A stretch of 64,000 nucleotides of DNA, from positions 218,116,001-218,180,000 of the forward strand of contig OX597814.1 of assembly GCA_951406725.2 (NCBI GenBank). The letters are read 5' to 3'. Shown here piece by piece: positions 11,895 through 24,300 of the stretch. The translations under genes were made by a program, and so were the position numbers. Position 1 is the stretch's first letter; each line of letters begins with the position of its first letter. The DNA comes from Octopus vulgaris. Its lineage: Eukaryota. The notes under the pieces were generated by a model. That model made no database searches. It worked only from the letters and a program-made list of their open reading frames with translations, and was not told the origin of the DNA.

Positions 11895-12905
11895 TGTACT
11901 GTATTTTCTATTTTTCAACCCAGCCGCTTCCAATCTGTTCCTTTCCTTGTTCCTTTCCTCCTCTTCATCGCTGGTACTGGTTTTTGTTGCTCTTTATCTT
12001 TCAGGACAGTCTGCTCTAATGTGACCTTTCAGGCCACATTCATAGCACCGTGTGATCCCTCCTTCTAACTCTGAGTGCTATCTCTCCGACAGTGATGGTG
12101 TTGACCATATTTTCAATTTCTTCCTCTGCAACTTGTACCACCATATTAAGGCTTTGTCCTTGTCAGTTCCTGTGGGGTGTCCTGGTGGCTTAGAGGACCA
12201 CCACCTTCTCCTCCATGCCCAGCAGTATGGCAGCCACCAGCCAGGCCACATCGACTTCTAGGAGTATTTCCTCTACCTTAACCCCGGAAGTGCATCTCCC
12301 AAGGTATACAGGTAGAAGCACCACAGCACTACTTTGTCCATTTCCAATAGTGTTGCCAAGTGCAGCCTGGCAGTAGCTACCTCTTGGAACTGTACCTCCA
12401 CCGTTCCAAACTTTTTTCCTCTGGCAAGGTAGGGAATCCCTTCCCAGATTGTTCTAAGTGCCTTTTCAACATGAGTCGTTGACATGACTTCTATTTTCCT
12501 GCTTGCGACAGAATACGTCCTGTAAATAATTGTTCTTACTTGTTTTTCCTTTAAAACTTCTTTGGGAGGGGACACTCACTTTGTTTCCCTCCCTTTTAAG
12601 CATTTAAAAAAATTCACCCAATTCTTCCAGACACAGTTCTTCGGTTTTTTCCTTCGTTGTCTCTGCATAATTCTTTGTCCCTATTTTTTTGTCAGTTCTA
12701 TCCAAACACTTCACCAATTCTTCCTCAGATAACAAAATGTCCGAAGAAGGGTAGTTCACAAAGTCTGAATAATTCAAGCCTTCACAGTTCCTCACCCGAT
12801 GCCCCTCCATTAAACAAGAGGAAAAACGTCGCACCACTTAGACAACCAAAAACATGTGCGTTACACTCAAAATCCACGATCCAACTGACAAACGCTATAC
12901 CAGAA
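11895..12905 (-). mobile_element. Retrotransposon 5' region with gag-like/ORF1 relic carrying a CCHC zinc knuckle
   Basis: Minus strand ~12000-12050 reads CYECGLKGHIRADCPER (CX2CX4HX4C). Upstream ORFs 12273-12575 and 12604-12837 are on the same strand; flanked by SINE-A pieces. Confidence 0.65.
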
Positions 12906-13007
12906 GCAAGCTTCTTGCCACACAGCCACACTTGCAACTATCATATATAGATATAATTGTTAAAGAGGACAACAAACACTACAGCAGGGCAAACATCTTA
13001 AGTCATA

Positions 13008-13802
13008 TCTTTATATATAAAAGTGAGGTTGTGTACTGTCTGTCTCCTACGATTTAGATTCCTAACTACTCCCACATTTTGTGGTGCAGTTTAACCAAAA
13101 CCGGGTATCTTATAGTCGTAATTCATATCAAGCCCGTCTGGCTATTAGCGCGCATCTACGATGAGTCTACGATTTAAAAAATAATTTAACATCATTTTTT
13201 ATTCCATTTTAATGCATATTTTTTCGTGTGCCGATGGCGGCGGAGTTGGCGTCCACGCTCAAACACCTGCACCTGTGTTTGCTTCTCCCCCTTCTTCCCT
13301 CCCTCGTGAAGCTGTGGGGAAGGGAGTGTAAGGAAATCAACGTCGTAATGCGATGTCAAGGAGACCAGCGTTCTTTTAGAACAACGACTTCATGGCTTGA
13401 AGACACCAAAACAATATATAAAAGTGAAGTTCTGTGTCTGTCTCCTACGATTTAGATTCCTAACTACTCCCACATTTTGTGGTGCAGTTTAACCAAAACC
13501 GGGTATCTTATAGTCGTGATTCATATCGAGCCCTTCTGGGTATTAGCGCGCGTCTACGATGAGTCTACGATTTAAAAAAAAATTTACCATCAATTTTTCC
13601 CATATTTAATGCATTTTTGGCATATATAAGGGAAGTAACTCTCTAAAAATGTATTATTAAATCTCAGAACGTAAAAAGCTACAGTAACACCCCCCCCTTT
13701 GTGGTTAGCCATATTTAGATGGCTATTATACTTTACATCTCTAAAAATGCTTATATAGTTATTTCCCTTACAAACCCGAGCAACGCTGGGCGATACTGCT
13801 AG
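13008..13802 (+). mobile_element. Non-autonomous Helitron with an internal ~200-bp direct repeat
   Basis: A|TC start, CTAG|T end, subterminal hairpin cccgagcaacgctggg, no TSD; ~13015-13220 is repeated at ~13414-13615. Confidence 0.8.
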
Positions 13803-14160
13803 TACCATATAATTATTGGAAAAAATTCAAATCCTTACAGCTGTTTCTGGGATATCCATGTGTGTGTATGTGTGTGATAGACTTACCCACAATTCCTACT
13901 TTTCCATCTACCGATTTCTCTCACAAACTGTTGGTTGGCCCAGGACTATAGTAGAAGACAGCACCTTGAGTTGTACACTGGAACTGAACCTAGATTTACA
14001 AGGTTGCAAAGTGAGCTTCTTAACCACTCAGCCATGCTTGTCTTTATATAGTATATCCCTAAAGGATAAATTGGTTAAATAGAAAACATTATTCTTCAAA
14101 CCAAATCCAATCTACAAGAGGAATTAAACTCAAAATAGGAAACTTGTGAATTTTATAGCT

Positions 14161-14555
14161 CTTTTACTCTTTTACTTGTTTCAGTCATTTGACTGTGGCC
14201 ATACTGGAGCACTGCCTTTAATCGAGCAACTCGACCCCGGGACTTATTCTTTTGTAAGCCCAGTACTTATTCTATCGGTCTCTTTTGCCGAACCACTAAG
14301 TAACGGGGACATAAACACACCAGCATCGGTTGTCAAGCAATGCTAGGGGGACAAACACAGACACACAAACACACACACGCATATATATATACGACGGGCT
14401 TCTTTCAGTTTCCGTCTACCAAATCCACTCACAAGGCTTTGGTCGGCCCGAGACTATAGTAGAAGACAATTGCCCAAGGTGCCACACAGTGGGACTGAAC
14501 CCGGAACCATGTGGTTGGTAAACAGGCTACTTACCAGACAGCCACTCCTGCGCCT
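14161..14555 (-). mobile_element. tRNA-derived SINE family A (CORE-like accttgggcaagt, internal (TA)/(TG), aaaagagt tail)
   Basis: A box TGGCTG..TGG, B-box-like GGTTCAGTCCC; near-identical to copies at 29968, 43241, 50329 and 55951. Confidence 0.92.
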
Positions 14556-14874
14556 CGGTAGCTGTGAGTTTTTCTTTAGTTGTGGGACCTATTTATAGCC
14601 ATTTTGACTGAGTCATTCTAGAATTAAGTGTCACAGCCATAAATCAGCATAATAGCAGTGAAAAAAAAAGATAACAGACCACAGATCTCTCAGTTGATTA
14701 TTTGGCAGCCTATCAAGTCAGCCATGTGAACATATTACTTATCATAGTTACACTTTACAATGATTAGTAAATACTTACCAGCTCTAGTTATGATATGTAT
14801 TACTAATCATTGTTAGATGTTACAAGATGATGATCTGAGACTATCCTAGTCGAAGCATTGTAAGTCAAATACTA

Positions 14875-15339
14875 TTTTACTTGTTTCAGTCATTTGACTG
14901 CAGCCATACTGGAGCACCACCTTTAGTTGAACAAATCGACCCCAGGACTTGTTCTTTGTAAGCCTAGTACTTATTCTATTGGTCTCTTTTTCTGAACTGC
15001 TAAGTTATGGGAATGTAAACACACCAACATCAGCTGTTGAAGTGATGGTGGGTGGGGGATAAATACAGATGCACATACGTGTATATACTGAGAATTTACG
15101 AAAAACAAAAGACAAAGATGGGTGTGTAAACAACAAACAAATGTATTAGTTTAATGCTCGGGAAGTGAGAAAGTCTTTTATGCTTCAAGCCTATGCTCTT
15201 CAACAGAAAGGTATAAGAGAAAATAAACAGGGAGAGAAAATAGAAAAGGTTTAATGGCTAGCAATCTATCATGGCGAGTGATATATATATATACTTAAAT
15301 ATAAGAGAGTTACTGCTAATTTTTCACCCTCATTTATGA

Positions 15340-15405
<66 letters not shown>

Positions 15406-15568
15406 GATAGTCTTCTTTCAGTTTCCATCTACCAAATTCACTCATAAGGCTTTGTTGGCCTGAGGCTATAGCAGAAGACATTTGCCCAAGGTGTCATGCA
15501 GTGGAACTGAACCTGGAACCATGTGGTTGGGAAGCAAGCTTCTTACCTCACAGCCACTCATGTGGCTA
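14875..15568 (-). mobile_element. Older SINE-A copy with a nested Penelope-like insert (~15088-15278)
   Basis: Both SINE halves are recognisable around the insert and a long (TA)n. Confidence 0.8.
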
Positions 15569-16723
15569 TAGTGTGACAAAGTAAGATGTAGATCTGTACT
15601 TGTAGAACTGACAGTGTTGTGTTTTGGTACTCTATAACATTAGAGGACGTTTTGATAATGTCCAATAGAAAGCTACCATTAAAAGTAACATTATAAGTCC
15701 CGTTATGTGAACTACAAGAAGTCACTATTTCTGTAAAGGCTTAGCTATGAAGAATTTCAGTATCTATGATCTTTCTCGGGGTCTCCAAGACCTCTGAAAG
15801 GAATAGAGGAAGTTATTCACAGACTGAATATCTGGTCTAAATTCTGGTAACAGAGTGAACTCTGCTGAAGACACCTAATGATTAGGCAGTGATGTTAAAT
15901 TGCATCAAATTTAGCATGCTATCCCAAAATAGAAACAGTCTCACCAACATGCTTCCCCATAGTTTACATTTAATAATTTCATTCAGCAAAAAGCCCCTTT
16001 CTTTTGGGACTGTAGCCTTGCAAGCTGCAAGCACTCAGTACATGCTGTAAATTGGTTGGTGTTAGAAGGGGCATCCAGTTGCAGAAACCATGCCAAAGCA
16101 GGCACTGGAGCATGGTACAGTCCTTAGACCTGTCAGTTACTGTCAAATCATTCAACCCATGCTAGCATGGGACATGGATGTTAAATGATGATGACTCACA
16201 AAGCTTTGGAAAGCTTGAAGTTTTGGTAAAAAAAAAACATTTGTTGAAGGGCTGCACAGTAGGATCGAACTTGAAAGTGTAGTTACAAAATGAACTTCTT
16301 AACCACAGAGCCATAACTGCACCCAGACTTAAGATACCTTATCTTTTCCACAATTCCACTAGCAGAGTAGGACATATATAATATATACTAATAGGATAAA
16401 AATATCAATTCCAATAAATATAATATCTTGGGATTCCATCAGTTCTCAACAAGAGACCATTCATATAAATTATTCATGAAGTGATACAACAAACCACTAA
16501 GGCAGAAAGCTTTCTTAAATAGGTTAGCTATAAACTGGGAATTAATGACCAAGAGAATTTGTCAGGATGAACAAAATCAGCCAATTCAATAACAGACTTT
16601 ATAAATTTTGGGAGAATATACAATCTGAAATATTGTTCTTGTGTATGGAAATGATTCATAATGAAGGAGTCTGCATTTATATGCTTTGTGTATTAGTGGT
16701 AAAATGTCATAAAGTGTATATGT

Positions 16724-16960
16724 ATACTTTGTTTAAAAGCAGCAGAAATATAACAAAAGCTGTTACTCAGAGTTTCATGTTCCTCTTCGGCGGACAGTTT
16801 TGTTAAAATATTTTAACAAAACTGTCCGCTGAACGGGAACATGAAACTCTGAGTAACAGCTTTGGTTATATTTCTGCTGCTTTTTAACAAAGCATATTAC
16901 TCTACCTCTGGTATTTGAGTACTCTTTTTTCACCTTGTTTCACATTTATGTGCTTACACC
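16724..16960. mobile_element. Penelope-like fold-back element (spacer-less ~86-bp inverted repeat plus extension)
   Basis: Arms 16724-16809 and 16810-16895; flanking direct repeat agtgtatat (16713-16721 / 16961-16969); hammerhead-like motif in each arm. Confidence 0.7.
16822..16859 (+). ncRNA. Minimal type-I hammerhead ribozyme relic
   Basis: CTGT-CCGCTGA-ACG GGAA CAT-GAAA-CTC T GAG-TA-ACAG: stem I, core with A6 changed to C, stem II with one mismatch, GAAA, very short stem III, GUA site. Confidence 0.65.
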
Positions 16961-17910
16961 AGTGTATATATATATATAAATGAAAGAAGAGAAAAAATAT
17001 GAAATTAAAGACATCCTATAAGCGTAGGGCCTGCCATATGCAATGATTTTTAATGCTTGTATTTATGAACATCTGTTTGTAAATGTGTACTTCATTTCTC
17101 AACACAGAGTGGAACATATTTTATGAAACAAAATATTAATTTAACCTTTTATTGAAAGATGTAGTAAAATAGATAATCAATATACTTAAGTCAAGGATTA
17201 AATCATCTCTGTCATTGGCTTAGCATCTAGCTTTCTGTGTCGAGTTAAATGAAAGTGTAGATGACAGGGCTGACAACCTATCATTTAATCAAGTATGAAC
17301 AAAATACTTAACTCTCAATGGACAAGTTCACTTACTACATAACGGAGCATACGAATGTTGAAATCAGAAATATCAATGAAGATCCGATCAATGATTTGGG
17401 CTGATAATTTCACTTCTTGTAGAAAAGTAATCAACAATATATTACAGGTCTATCTAAGGATATTTGTATTTCATGTGATTAATGTCAACATAAATACTGT
17501 TCAGTAAATCGTAGAGGTCTATGAAGAGAAATCTTTTAAAACCAGCTGGATAGGTCTGAAGTATCTTTCCATGCCTCACACCTCTGAGCCAGCTTCCTTG
17601 TGTTAACCAGTATTCTCTGGTCTGACTTCTTAATTCTTTTCTCTACTTTTAACATAGGCATCTACCATCACCTACCATCACAGCACTCACAGCAATGTTT
17701 CACCAATTACCTCTCATCCAGTTGCATTACAAGTCCATGACAACATATAGCTGTCTTACACCTGGCCTTTTATTACCCAGTAACGAGGCATATAAATGCA
17801 TTACTAGTATAGGTAAAATATAATACATAAACCAGTTAATTATTGTTCTTTTTTTAACACCTGAACATATAAAGATCTGCAGTTTTTTAATCACCTGCTA
17901 ACTGATTTGA

Positions 17911-17957
<47 letters not shown>

Positions 17958-17960
<3 letters not shown>

Positions 17961-18526
17961 TCATCATCATCATCGTTTAACGTCCGCTTTCCATGCTAGC
18001 ATGGGTTGGATGGTTCAACTGGGGTCTGGCAAGCCTGAAGGCTGCACCAGGCCAGTCAGATCTGGCAATGTTTCTACAGCTGGATGCCCTTCCTAACGCC
18101 AACCACTCCGAGAGTGTAGTGGGTGATTTTATGTGCCACCGACACAGGTGCCAGACGAGGCTGGCAGACGGCCACGCTCGGATGGTGTTTTTATGTGCCA
18201 CCGACACAGGTGCCAGACGAGGCTGGCAGACGGCCACGCTCGGATGGTGTTTTTTATGTGCCACCGACACAGGTGCCAGATGAGGCTGGCAGACGGCCAC
18301 GCTCGGATGGTGTTTTTATGTGCCACCGACACAGGTGCCAGACGAGGCTGGTGAACGGCCACGCTCGGATGTTGTTTGTTACATGCCCACAGCATGGAGG
18401 CCAGTCGATGCGGTACTGGCTACGGTCACGTTCGGATGGTTTTCTTATGTGCCACCCACAAGGATACAAATTCCATTGATGTTCATCTATTTTTATTTGG
18501 TTTGATTTGATTTGATTTTGATTTTG

Positions 18527-18530
<4 letters not shown>
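17958..18530 (-). mobile_element. Young RTE 3' UTR fragment with a 62-bp tandem array
   Basis: Family tail; units at 18131, 18193, 18256, 18318 plus a divergent unit at ~18381; inserted in (TA)n. Confidence 0.9.
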
Positions 18531-18570
<40 letters not shown>

Positions 18571-18619
18571 TCATCATCATCATCATCGTTTAACGTCCGT
18601 TCTACGATGATGATGATGA

Positions 18620-18721
<102 letters not shown>

Positions 18722-18827
18722 CATCATCATCATTTAATGTCCATGGTTTGGACAGTTTGACCAGGACTGGTAAGATAAGGGGCTGCACCAGACTTCTAGT
18801 CTGTTTATATATATATATATATATATG

Positions 18828-19115
18828 TTGCTTGTTCCTTCTTGAGCCATGCCTGGCTCATAAGGGCCAGTTTCCCGGTTTCCTTGGCGTATAGGTTCCT
18901 CACCTGGATGGGACAGTGAGCTGCTAGATGCAGGAGGAAAGAGTGAGAGAAAGTTGTGGCGAAAGAGTCAGCAGAAGTTTGCTGTTACCTTTTGCTGGAG
19001 CTGCGTGGAGCTTAGGTGTTTCACTCCTAAACACACACATCGCCCGGTCTGAGATTTGAACCCGCAATCCCTCAACCACGAGTCCGCTGTTCTAACTGCT
19101 AGGCCATGTGCCTAC
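18828..19115 (-). mobile_element. tRNA-derived SINE with a family-B-like head and a different 3' tail
   Basis: Minus strand tggcctagcagttagaacagcggactcgtgg...gggttcaaatctcagaccgggcga...aaacacctaagctccacg, then an unrelated tail. Confidence 0.75.
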
Positions 19116-19158
19116 ACACATACACACACACACACACACATATGCATATACATACAAA

Positions 19159-20860
19159 CAGTAGTGGCCAAAATTAGAGAACGAAAATGAAAAGTAAAGA
19201 TATTTACATTTCTACTTCATTTTCTGGATGGAAGTTTTGCTGTAGATACTTTAAGGTGTGTTCCTTATTTACAATAAATTTTGTAGGAAGTGATTAATAA
19301 CTAAATAATTTTTAATAGAAAAATGTTTATTTGAAAAATTCAACATAGACAAAATTAGAGAACATATGACGTAAAATTCAAGAAATCAAAATTTTGCCAA
19401 AATTTTTTACAATCCACATCAATATATTAATAAGACATGAGCATTCCTTTATTTTTAATGACTTCAGCATATCTCTGTCCACAGGATCTGACCAATTGTT
19501 CTGATGTAATTTTATTCCATTCTTCCTAAAAATTTTCGCACAAACTCGAAAGATTCACAAGTTGGTGCTCTCTGATCTTATCATCAAGTATCTTCCATAA
19601 ATTTTCAATGGGATTAAGGTCAGGGCTCTGAGCTGTCCAACAGATCACAGTAATGTCTTCAGCCCCAAACACCTTAACTATTTTAGCACTGTGACATGGG
19701 GCATTATCCTGCATAAAGATTGGCTGATGAGTTGGAGATGATCTCAAAGCTGGCACAACATGCTGCAGAACAATGTTTTTGTATATGGCTACATTCACAT
19801 TACCATGGATCCAGATCAAAGGCCCAACACCAGCAACAGAAGTCATTCCCCACCTCCAAACTTCACCGATTTCTTCATGCATTTAGGGAGCAATCTTTTA
19901 CCTTTATGGCATCTCACGTACTGTCTACCATCAAAGCCAATCAGATTGAATTTGTTTTTGTCACAGAACACACGCAACCAGTTGTCATCTGTCCAAAGTA
20001 TGAGCCTCTTGCAAAGACTAACCTTGCTTTTCAGTTCTTCATACTGATGAGAGGTTTAATGGTGGAAGAATGGGCATCAAGTTTGACTTTCTTCAAACAA
20101 TAAGCCACATTCATTCCATAATCACAATTTACTTGGCAAGAAATTCCTGCAGCAGCATCGAAACAATCTCTTAACAACAGCCTCTCATTCACACAGTCTT
20201 CTTGAACATTTGTTTTCTGCGATCTCCCTTGTTTTTCTAATAACACAAACAAGATTGTAAAGTATAGAAGCCATCTTATCATGGCTAACCACATTGGGGA
20301 GGGGGTGTTACTGTAGCTTTATAGCCCCAAGAGATCTTCGTCTCTAGCTGGCTTTAGACACAATATCTATGTCCTTGGAGTATTTGCAAAACAAGATTAT
20401 TTCTTTATAAAGCTGGACTATTCTTGAAACAACACTCTTTGATCTGTTAATGTCTCTGGTGAGAGCAGAAATTGCCATCCCTTCATTTTTCAATGTGTCC
20501 ACTCACTTCCTGAGGCTTTCATCAACTTTATTTTTGCTTTCCATGCTTGTTAATTCACTACTGTTCCATATAAATCTTCACACTGTTAGGTTAACTTACT
20601 TTACTTCAGTTAGAGTGTTGCCAGGTTTTACATTTTTAATTTTACGCCATATGTCCACCAATTTTGTCCATCTTGTAACTTTCAAATAAACATTTTCTCT
20701 ATTATAAATTATTTAGTTATTAATTCACTTCCTACAAAATTTATTGTAAATAATGAAGATACTTTAAAGTATATACAGTAAAAATCCCATTCGGAAAAAT
20801 GTAGTAGAAACGTAAATAACTTCCATCATTATTTTTGCCCTCTAATTTGGGTTACTACTG
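19159..20860 (-). mobile_element. Full-length, decayed Tc1 element of IR/DR type
   Basis: ~220-bp TIRs (cagtagtggcc.../...ttactactg|TA) with the internal direct repeat caaaattagagaac; transposase QDNAPCH...SPDLNPIENLW with 33 residues between D and E. Confidence 0.9.
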
Positions 20861-20924
20861 TATCATTGTCATTGTTGTCGCCATCAGCATCATTTTATAT
20901 ATACATACATATATATATATACAC

Positions 20925-20968
<44 letters not shown>

Positions 20969-21355
20969 GGAGGCGCAATGGCCCAGTAGTTAGGGCAGCG
21001 GACTCGTGGTCATAGGATCGCAGTTTCGATTCCCAGACCGGGCGTTGTGAGTGTTTATTGAGCGAAAACACCTAAAAGCTCCACGAGGCTCCGGCAGGGG
21101 ATGGTGGTGATCCCTGCTGTACTCTTTCACCACAACTTTCTCTTACTCTTTCTTCCTGTTTCTGTTGTACCTGTATTTCAAAGGGCCGGCCTTGTCACTC
21201 TCTGTGTCACGCTGAATATCCCCGAGAACTACGTTAAGGGTACACGTGTCTGTGGAGTGCTCAGCCACTTACACGTTAATTTCACGAGCAGGCTGTTCCG
21301 TTGATTCGGATAAACCGGAACCCTCGTCGTCGTAACCGACGGAGTGCTTCCATCC
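20969..21355 (+). mobile_element. Young SINE family B
   Basis: Near-identical to 3392-3781; TSD atatacacatat. Confidence 0.92.
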
Positions 21356-24300
21356 ATATACACATATATAAATGCATAGATAGATTGGTTTGAAATAATG
21401 TACAAATACTGTATATTAAGAAAAAGGGGGCAATCAGAATTTTGACTGCCTCCTTTTTTCTTAATCTCTACATATCATCAACATAGTTCTTGATGTCCAT
21501 TTTTCAATGCTAGTTTGCATCAGATGGAATTCATTGAGGCAGTTTTTCTTTGGTCATATGCTCTTCTGATTGTCAATCCTCACCTGTTTCTAAGCAAGGT
21601 AATTCTTTCCCATGGCTAGACATGTTTCCATGGAAGATTGGAAACAAAGGACCACTCGAATGACAGTGGGGTCTATTTACAACTATCATGTGATGTCAAT
21701 ACATACACACACGCACATGCACACACAACACATGTACACACGTACACATGCACACACAACACATGTGGCTTCTTTTAGTTTCTGTTTACCAAGAATAAAA
21801 GACAAAAAGAATGTCCACTGACAAAACTTTTGTTTCCCCTGTGTTATTGTAGAATACATTTGCCTCCATGCAATGGGACTGAATCTGAAATCATGTGGCT
21901 AAGACACGAACTTCTTAACCACATAACCATGCCTATGATTAAAAGGTTTTTTTCTTTTGTTTCATTGTAAGCCATTTTTTGGAAAGCTTCATTTTACTGG
22001 AACTTAACCCAGTTTTCAAAGAGTGAGGGAGATATTCCTGTATCAGGAGAGGATACCAGTCTGTCATAGCTTGTTCACAAGAGAAAAACCTGATCCCAGC
22101 ATTGCAAGTTAATGAAACACTCATCAGTTAATACTTAATACTTCTGCTATTTGAGCTGTAAAATATGCATTTGGTCAAGTGGTAAAATAAGCCAGGTTAT
22201 ATCTGAATGGATTGACCCATTGATAATTTAAGTGTCTTTGTTACTGAGGACAAAGCACTGCGAGTGATGAGATACACACAATCAACCACTTCAGCTGGCA
22301 CTCTGTACTCTCAATCAGCTTCAAGATAAAATAGTAATGATAGTGAATTCATTCTAAGTTTTTGGAGAAGAGAATAAAAAGATGTTAATCTGGGGATTGA
22401 TGAAAAGATATATAGGAAATGGCAATTGAGTATATTGTTCAGGAAATTGCAGCTTTAGTTTAAAGTCTGTCATAAACTGACTTTAAATGCTACTTCTTAT
22501 ATATTTTAGGCTATCTAATACAATTTGATATTCCCAAAACTACTTGACTTTATAAGGAAGGGTGAATATTCCATTGGCCTCTATTGCCCTACTTCAGAAA
22601 TTTGTGAAATGTTTTTCAACATTAGTCACATTATTCATCTGATTTAAAAAGTCTCTTATTGTGCCTTTTAAAGTACTTAAGGAAATTACTTGTGTATTAT
22701 TTAAACTATGTCAGCTAAATTTATACATGACATCATGTACATATTTTATCAAAATTTTATGCAGGTCTAATTATATAACAATTTTTAAAAATATTAAATG
22801 CACTAAGTAAGTGTATGTAGTCAAAAGGCTGTGTTTCCTGTCAATTTGATTGAGCATTTACAATGACAATGCTTATAGCAAATCAGCTAAATGTACTTTC
22901 ATTGCAGAATTCTGAAAAGAAAGACAAAAAACTGTTGAATGTTGAAGGAATAGGAGAGAAAACTTCACTTAAACACTTTGACACATTCACCTGAGACAAT
23001 TCTATTTTAAAGTAATCTACATAAAAAACTTTCCATCAAAATTTCATGTGAAAATTTCAGCTTAAAAAATGACAATTACTTAATGATCTTTTGTTATTTT
23101 CAAAATAATTCAGATAAAGGCAATATATTTCAACAAACAAAAAAGTTAATGATAATTTTAGACGGTTGTTTATAAATGTACGAAGTAATCTATTCCTTTA
23201 GACAGTCTGTAGGGAAAAAATGTAAGAGATTCAGCTGAAAGTATGTAAAAAAAGCAACAAGTGATGTTTGGTGGGGTGTGAGCTTTCAAACCAGAGAAAT
23301 AGGGATAGCAGATAAGATTTTTTCAGATAATTTGGAGCTTGACAAATTGGGAAGTTGGAAGTTCTAAAAGGTATAATTCTTAGAATTAAGAATTACATGT
23401 AGTATTGATGGCACAAGGAATGAACAGCAAAAATCACATAGGTTAATTCATTTGTTTCTAATATAAGCACAAAGTCAACGATTTTGAAGGGAGGAAGGGA
23501 GGAGGTTAGTCATTTGCATTGACTCCGGTACCTGACCAGGTACTTCGTTTTATCAACCCTCTGGAGGCAAAGTTGACCTTGATTGGATTTAAACTCAGAA
23601 TATAAAGTGCCAAAAGAAATATAAAGAGAATATAAAGAGTTATGAAGCTCTATTTTCTAACACTATAATAATGTTGCCAACCGACTGTCCAGAAGTAAGT
23701 TTAATAAATAGATTTCAATAAATGAGAAGAGGAGTGGTTCTGAAGAGCAACATTTATAAATGTTATGAGGAGTAGAAATAAAGAAGAAAACACATTACAA
23801 TGTCTCTATAGAAGACAATGTATTGACTGAATGGATAGTTGTTCTTTGCTGCATGTTAGAATGCTGGAAGTGTGTCATACAAGATAGAGGAAAATAACCT
23901 TAGAGTGAAGTATATTTAGATATTGTTGAATACCAACAGTTGCTCAAGGCAACTTGGCTCTACAGAGTAAGTCTCTCATGTGATTTTAGTAATGCTGTAC
24001 ATATAAAGCTTCTAAGATATTACAGGAGATGAAGACTCCTAACATATATGAGAAAGAGGGATTAAAATATGAATAGGTCAGAATTACTAGGGTAATTTGG
24101 TTCTTTCCAAATCAACACTCATCTCTTAAAATGCATTAATAGTTTCTCTCTTTTGCTTTATGTTGTCCACCAATACGGATTACACACAGCTTGATCTATA
24201 ATTTTTTTTCTCACAAATAAATAGTCTCTCTAGAAATTTATATAAAAGCAAGGATGTCATATTTGATATTTGAAAATTCTTTGATAAACTTGCAGGGTAA

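Noticed and set aside
17993-18505. Recurrent ORFs MLAWVG..., MCHRHRCQ... and MPPTQVPDEA... as a peptide gene family
   Set aside because: They are translations of the RTE 3' UTR repeat in several frames, with a 62-63-bp period that breaks frame.
19526-19882. Active or domesticated transposase (also 36022-36312 and 48529-48945)
   Set aside because: All transposase and RT copies in the window have multiple stops, frameshifts or deletions.
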